Source: Octopus sinensis (Eukaryota). Taken from it: DNA of 40,692 nt. Below are positions 34,696 through 40,692 of this stretch, piece after piece (positions within the stretch are counted from its first letter, which is position 1; the number at the start of each line of letters is the position of its first letter). A program made the position numbers and the translations under genes. Location: contig NW_021835361.1 of NCBI RefSeq assembly GCF_006345805.1, forward strand, positions 1 to 40,692, given 5' to 3'. The notes beneath the pieces were generated by a model. That model searched no databases, was not told the DNA's origin, and was given only the letters and a program-made list of their open reading frames with translations.

Positions 34696-34923
34696 CATTA
34701 ACTCCTTCCATTTGCCTAGGTGTCAGGCTTACGAAAAAACTGGTAGCCAAATCATATTTATAAATCACACACTAATGTAGTCCTAGACACTGGTCACAGC
34801 TTCCTAGACAGGGGGCTACAGCTGCAGTGCTTTATAACATAGCCCTGCTCGATGAAACCTGATCTACCGTAAATCCTCGAGTATAATCTGCATTTTGTAT
34901 AAAAGAAGGAAAACATTACTTAC

Positions 34924-35157
34924 ACTTGTGTAGCTACTGAGAATAAAGGCTTGTTCAATACCGCTGTATATTGTTAACGGAATCAACAGCTTCTGTTCTG
35001 TAGACAACCAACAATGTCGTAGAGTCTCTGCAACCAAACTTATGCTGAAGCTTCTTCGTCCTGTTTCTTTCTCCAAACGAATGTTATCCAAGAAAATGCA
35101 TATAATTAGAATCGCCAAAATACAACAGGCGAGATAGATCCCTCTCATTATATTCAC
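34924..35157 (-). CDS. UNC93A: UNC93A-like MFS transporter, internal coding exon (first in window, 78 aa, phase 0/0)
   Basis: Acceptor ttttaag|GTG at 35158/35157 and donor AGT|gtaagt at 34924/34923. Translates VNIMRGIYLACCILAILIICIFLDNI...QKLLIPLTIYSGIEQAFILSSYTS, with the UNC93 motifs GIYLAC and LLIPLTIYSGxEQAF. Confidence 0.93.
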
Positions 35158-36069
35158 CTTAAAAATAAGAAAATATTAAGTAATTAACAGTATGTCATAA
35201 CAGCGTCTGTTAAAAAGTCTTATAAAGAAATTGGGAGGGTCATTATACCAAAAATGAACACACACACACTGGTTCCATTTCACTTCTTTATTATTCGTCA
35301 ATTGGTTAACTATTTAACTAATTAACTAGTCGGTTGTTTCATTAATTGTTTGGCCAATCAATTAATCAGTTGTGTTTGCCAAAGTCCATTCGTTGGCATT
35401 TGTGATCTCTTCAATAACCCAGTGCCGAAAGAGAATGTCTTTGAAGAGGTTGCGATGGCAACGAAAAGACTTTAGCAACTACAGCTGATTGACTAATTGA
35501 TTGATTAAGTGAATGATTAATCAAACAAACGATTAGTAACGTGATTGAATAGTTAACTAATTGACGAACAATAAAAAAAAGTAAACTAGAACCAGTGCGT
35601 GTGTTTACCATTGGCACGATGCCCCTCCCGAAATACTAAACTTGTCCCAATACATGAGTTCTCACCAAAAATCTAAGAAGCCAAATGCAAAAACGAGACA
35701 TAAACGTACATATATATAAAACTGATATAAACATGGAGCATTGCTCCCTCGGGTTTTGTGAATGGGGCCATTTTTATCCTAACATTTCACATCGCCGCTC
35801 TATTACTGTCTGTTAAAGCCTCGTCATCATTATTGTCCCGGACCCAGAAATTTTTACCAGTCACTTCCCCCAAAAAAACCTGATATTCATCATTGACTAT
35901 ACCTCCCGCCTGTATGTCCCTTTCACTGCATCCACCTCTGTCCCTGTCTCTAACCATCTGTCACACGCCCTTCGCAAAATTACCCACCCACCTAGTCTAT
36001 CTGATCCCCGATCCCTTTTCTCACTTTTACATTCACTTTGCATTTTGAGGGTGCGCTCTCACTAACACT

Positions 36070-36074
36070 GTCTG

Positions 36075-36117
<43 letters not shown>

Positions 36118-36159
36118 ATTCTCTCTTTCTCTCTCTCTCTCTCTCTCTTCTCTTCCAAC

Positions 36160-36199
<40 letters not shown>

Positions 36200-37260
36200 T
36201 CCAGCTACGGAAACCCTGAATCTCCTCTTCAGCGAGACACTTGCTCCAATCCCCCTATCATAATTTATCTTCTCTCCCTCCCTCTCTACCTTTCTCCTCT
36301 CTCTTCTCTCCCCTCTCCCACCTCTCTCTCTCTCTCCTTCCAGCTACGGAAGCCTTGAATCTCCTATTCAGTGAGACACCTGCTCCAATCCCCCTATCAT
36401 AATTTCTCCTCTCTTCCTCTTTATCTTTCTCTTCTCTCCTTCCCTCTCTACCTTTCTCCTCACTCTTCTCTCCCTCCCTCTCCCACCTCTCTCTCTTTAC
36501 CTCTCTCTCCTCCCCCTTCCAGCTACGGAAACCCTGAATCTCCTATTCAGCGAGACACCTATTCCAATCCCGCTATTATAATTTCTCCTCTCTTCCTCTT
36601 TATCTTTCTCTTCCCTCTCTACCTTTCTCCTCACTCTTCTCTCCCTCCCTCTCCCACCTCTCTCTCTTTACCTCTCTCTCTTCCCCCTTCCAGCTACGGA
36701 AGCCCTGAATCTCCTATTCAGCGAGACACCTATTCCAATCCCGCTATTATAATTTCTCCTCTCTTCCTCTTTATCTTTCTCTTCTCTTCTTCCCTCTCTA
36801 CCTTTCTCCTCACTCTTCTCTCCCTCCCTCTCCCACCTCTCTCTCTTTACCTCTCTCTCCTCCCCTTCCAGCTACGGAAGCCCTGAATCTCCTCTTCAGT
36901 GAGACACCTGCTCCAATCCCGCTATCATAATTTCTCTTCTCTCCATCCCTCTATCTTTCTCTTCTCTCCCTCCCGCTCTCCTTTTCTCCTCTCTCTTTTC
37001 CCCCTCCCTCTCCCACTTCTCTCACTTTCTCTCCTCCCCCTTCCAGCTACGGAAGCCATGAATCTCTTCTTCAGTAAGACATCTGTTCCAATCCTGCTAT
37101 CATAATTTCTCCTCTCTTCCTCTCTCTCTATCTTTCTCTTCTCTCCCTCCCTCTCTACCTTTCTCCTTTCTCTTCTCTCCCCCACCTCTCTCTCTCCTTC
37201 CAGCTACGGAAGCCCTGAATCTCCTCCAATCCCGCTATCACAATTTCTCCTCCCAACTCC
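36070..37260. repeat. CT-rich complex minisatellite, 7 units of 140-180 bp
   Basis: Anchor CAGCTACGGAA.CC.TGAATCTCCT.TTCAG.GAGAC at 36202, 36341, 36520, 36691, 36869, 37044 and 37201. Confidence 0.92.
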
Positions 37261-37390
37261 ACCCACGTGACGGGTCTTGTCTTGCAGCTTACATGGTGAC
37301 CGACCTCGCTAGTGCAGATGGCACATAAAAATGCACCCAGTACACTCTTTAAAGTGATTGGCGTTAGGAAAGGCATCCATCCGCAAAAGA
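37260..37390 (+). mobile_element. Repeat family D (SINE- or RTE-associated), partial; inverted copy at about 39630-39780
   Basis: TTGGCGTTAGGAAAGGCATCC vs GGATGCCCTTCCTAACACCAACC. Confidence 0.6.
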
Positions 37391-37395
37391 GTATA

Positions 37396-37530
37396 CCTAT
37401 TTCTTTACTACCCACAAGGGGCTAAACACAGAGTGGACAAACAAGGACAGACATAGGTATTAAGTCGATTACATCGACTCCAGTGCGTAACTGGTACTTA
37501 TTTAATCGACCCCAAAAGGATGAAAGGCAC
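37396..37530 (-). mobile_element. SINE A tail fragment
   Basis: TACCTATTTCTTTACTACCCACAAGGGGCTAAACACAGAG. Confidence 0.85.
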
Positions 37531-37679
37531 GAAGCAGACAATCGAGTTCGGCGCAGGCCTCTGCCTTATCAGGGTCTGATGAACCATGAAATCTATGCCA
37601 GCACGGAAAACGGATTTTGATTAGGATGATAGTGGTGGTGATACTGATAGTGTGGTGGTGGCGGTGGTTATAGTGGTGA

Positions 37680-37800
37680 TGAGTGAGTGAGTGAGTGAGT
37701 GAGTGAGTGAGTGGGTGAGTGAGTGAGTGAGTGAGTGAGTGAGTGAGTGAGTGAGTGAGTGAGTGAGTGAGTGAGTGAGTGAGTGAGTGAGTGAGTTAGT
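37680..37800. repeat. (GAGT)n microsatellite
   Basis: Read directly. Confidence 0.95.
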
Positions 37801-38269
37801 GAGGCCACACTCACACTCATCTAGTAACAAATGTAGAGTGAGATAGAGACGATACGTAATTAGACACATGGCCTCACACGTACACACACACACACACACA
37901 CACACATACACATTTTGTGAACGAGCAAGGCTTTGTGGTTAAGAGTTTTGCTTGTCTCGGATTCAGACCCACTGAATGGCACATTGGGTGACTTCTTTTA
38001 TAGCCCTGGGCCGACTAATGCCTTGTGAATGAATTTGATAGACGGAAAGTGTAAAGAAGACCGTCGTGTGCATGTATGTGTGTGTGTGTGTGGTGGATTC
38101 TCTTGTCGGGAACGACAAATAAGAGTTCAGAAAAATAAAGCATTGATTATGTTCTATGGACACGAATGTGTCTCTTGAGGTCTGCTGGTGCCTTGCAAAC
38201 ATTTTGGTAAATGGAACAAGTTGAGGACTCAGTTTGCTCGAGAGCTTGTGGATTATTTACTTGTTTGTC

Positions 38270-38745
38270 TCTCTCTCTCTCTCTCTCTTTCTCCCTCCTC
38301 TCTCTCCTTCCAGCTACGGAAGCCATGAATCTCCTCTTCAGTGAGACATCTGTTCCAATCCCGCTATTATAATTTCTCCTCTCTCTTCTCTTCTTCTCTC
38401 TCTATCTTTCTCTTCTCTCCCTCCCTCTCTACCTTTCTCCTTTCTCTTCTCTCCCCCTCCTCTCTCTCTCTCTCTCCTTCCAGCTACGGAAACCATGAAT
38501 CTCCTCTTCAGTGAGACATCTGTTCCAATCCCGCTATTATAATTTCTCCTCTCTCTTCTCTTCTTCTCTCTCTATCTTTCTCTTCTCTCCCTCCCTCTCT
38601 ACCTTTCTCCTTTCTCTTCTCTCCCCCTCCTCTCTCTCTCTCTCTCTCCAGCTAGGAAAGCCCTGAATCTCCGCTTCAGCCAGACACCTGTTCCAATCCC
38701 GCTATCATAATTTCTCCTCCCATCTCCACTCACTTGACGCGTCTT
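38270..38745. repeat. Second array of the same CT-rich minisatellite, 3 units
   Basis: Anchors at 38311, 38481 and 38649. Confidence 0.92.
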
Positions 38746-38748
38746 GTC

Positions 38749-39250
38749 TTTTGCGAAGGGCGTGTAACAGATGGTTAGAGACAGGGACAGAGGTGGATTC
38801 AGTGAAAGGGACACACAGGCGGGAGGTATAGTCAATGATGAATATCAGGTTTTTGGGGGAAGTGACTGCTTGTGGATGACAAGGCCTGCTTTGCTTCATA
38901 CCACAAAACCACAATGGCGGTTAAGGTTTCCATTTAGAGGAGCAGTGTTTCGCCCGCGTGCCTTCATGCTTGCACGAAGTTGGTCCTGAGAAGCAGGACT
39001 GGCATTAGGTCCTGCATTCTGATGCTTTGTTTTTCCAGGAAGAAAAAGGAAAATTTTGCATCATTTTACATCGTCTTTTAGTTTATCTTTGAAGCGCAAG
39101 AATGGCCTTCCAACTGACCTTCCTGTTGGAAACAGGCCAAAGAGAAGTTGCCTCGGAATTCTGATATCACTCATACGTGAGCAATGAACTGACCATCTAA
39201 TCTGTATTTTGATGAGGATGGCTTCAATACCTGATATATACATACTCATG
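38749..39250 (-). mobile_element. RTE-clade LINE 3' fragment
   Basis: SGIEAILIKIQIRWSVHCSRMSDIRIPRQLLFG...GRSVGRPFLRFKDKLK is the RTE post-RT signature (RWxGHxxRM..RxPKxLLYG...GRPxLRYKD). A decayed C-terminal Zn-finger-like segment follows (CGFVV*SKAGLVIHKQ). Confidence 0.8.
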
Positions 39251-39423
39251 TGTGGGGGGTTGTTGGAGTGGGGGGGTGCACGTCATTGTTTTTGTTTCTG
39301 TCCTGCTTGACAACCGGATGTTGGTTTGTTGGTTTGTTTATGTCTCTGTAACTTAGTAGTTCCAGGAAAGAGACCGATATAGTAAGTACCAAACTTTGAA
39401 AACAATACATAATGGGATCGATT

Positions 39424-39912
39424 TGTTCTCAACCATTTATTATCTATGGACCCCATTGATCCCTATTTTATTCTGGTGGACTCCCATAGCCATTCTGTGT
39501 TTAAAAACTAGTTTTATAGAAACTTCTTTCGAAATTCCTATTTTGTTTGTCACACATTCCTTTGTGTAGACTGAACTATATTAAACAGAAAAGAAACCAA
39601 ACTGTTTCTTGCAATACATCATTATTGTTTAATATCCATTTTCCATGCTGGCATGGGTTGGACAGTTTGACTGAAGACTGGAAAGCAATATTTCTACAGC
39701 TGGATGCCCTTCCTAACACCAACCACTCCGAGATTGTAGAAGATGCGCTTTTTACATGCCACTGGCACAGGGGACAGTCAAACGGCCCTGGCATCAAAAA
39801 CAGAATTTTTTCTAGGGGCCCTTAAACTACTGTTGTGGATACCCAATTTACTCTTTTGTTACGTGGACCCCTAAAAATCTTACGTGGACTCTGTTTGAAA
39901 ATCACTGGTCTA
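39424..39912. mobile_element. Possible decayed hAT-type MITE
   Basis: GTTCTCAACC at the left and GTTTGAAAATCACTGGTCTA at the right resemble CAGTGGTTCTCAACC-type TIRs. Confidence 0.4.
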
Positions 39913-40024
39913 AACCAATCAAGGGAGTAGCCCAGCATGGCTGCAGTCCAATGATTGAAACAAGTGAAAGAAAACATTTATAAAGCTACGATTTTTAACA
40001 AGGTACATCTTGGAATTTCACAAA

Positions 40025-40422
40025 TCTTTATATATAAAAGAGAGGTTGTGTGCTGTCTGTCTCCTACGATTTAGATTCCTAACTACTCCCACATTTTGCG
40101 GTGCAGTTTAACCAAAACCGGGTATCTTATAGTCGTGATTCATATCGAGCCCTTCTGGGTATTAGCGCGCGTCTACGATGAGTCTACGATTTAAAAAAAA
40201 ATTTACCATCATTTTTTTCCATTTTAATGCATTTTTCGCTATTATATAAGGGAAGTAGCTCTCTAAAATTGTCTACAATGAGTCAACGATTTAAAAAAAA
40301 TTTACCATCATTTTTCTCCATTTTTAATGCATTTTTTTGCTATTTTTTGGCTATAACTCTCAAAAAATGCTTATATAGTTATTTCCCTTACAAACCCGAG
40401 CAACGCCGGGCGATACTGCTAG
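40025..40422 (+). mobile_element. Complete non-autonomous Helitron
   Basis: A|TCTTTATATATAAAAG 5' end; subterminal hairpin CCCGAGCAACGCCGGG (40395-40410); CTAG|T 3' end; internal direct repeat of about 100 bp. Confidence 0.88.
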
Positions 40423-40692
40423 TTACATATAAAAGTAGGTTAACAAAATGAAATTGTTGCTTGATTCGTGCATTTTAGGTCTAAAGATAGTTTGCTTGTA
40501 CTAGAAGCATTCAGCAAACCGTCCAAATAGTTGACCACAACTCAGCTACCGTAACTTCTAAATGGATTAAACTTAACTTTTGTCCAAAAGCCCTGCTAAC
40601 TTTCAAATTGACTATCATCCTTATAACTATCTTCATATCAACAATTGTTTTTTAAAGCTGACCTTTGCATACGGGTATTTTCTGACGTGTGA

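Noticed and set aside
37575-37595. CTGATGA-ACCAT-GAAA
   Set aside because: No stem II, III or I; probably chance.
36202-38660. Hammerhead in the minisatellite unit (minus strand CTGAAGA-GGAGA...TTTCC-GTAG)
   Set aside because: GTAG replaces GAAA, and there is no cleavage triplet or stem I. Not supportable, though it could be an ancient relic.
35160-40692. Upstream UNC93A-like exon
   Set aside because: No FFGIFF/GNLIS-type segment was found in the unique stretches; it probably lies beyond the window.

Overview
AT-rich, microsatellite-dense eukaryotic DNA, not prokaryotic. The tRNA-derived SINE families look like those of octopus (coleoid cephalopod) genomes; this is recognised by eye, not by a database search. 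The only host gene supported is a UNC93A-like MFS transporter on the minus strand, with its last four coding exons at 35157-34924, 32875-32740, 29999-29868 and 24994-24768. All have GT-AG splice sites and matching phases; earlier exons lie beyond the window. The rest is mobile DNA: four SINE families, CR1/L2 and RTE LINE 3' ends, R4/Dong-like RLE retrotransposon ends stacked in (CATA)n repeats, a decayed mariner, MITEs, two non-autonomous Helitrons and many Penelope-like (PLE) stubs. The most striking signal is about 12 type-I hammerhead-ribozyme-like motifs, two of them essentially intact, many inside fold-back palindromes. These include a near-perfect 331-bp palindrome 2 kb downstream of the gene and one motif with a non-canonical position-3/8 core. 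Also notable are a 76-bp inverted templated insertion and a 30-nt U6 3'-end fragment abutting a SINE head. Almost all ORFs in the supplied track are microsatellite or SINE artefacts. SINE family letters A-D are my own labels, and many repeat boundaries are approximate.
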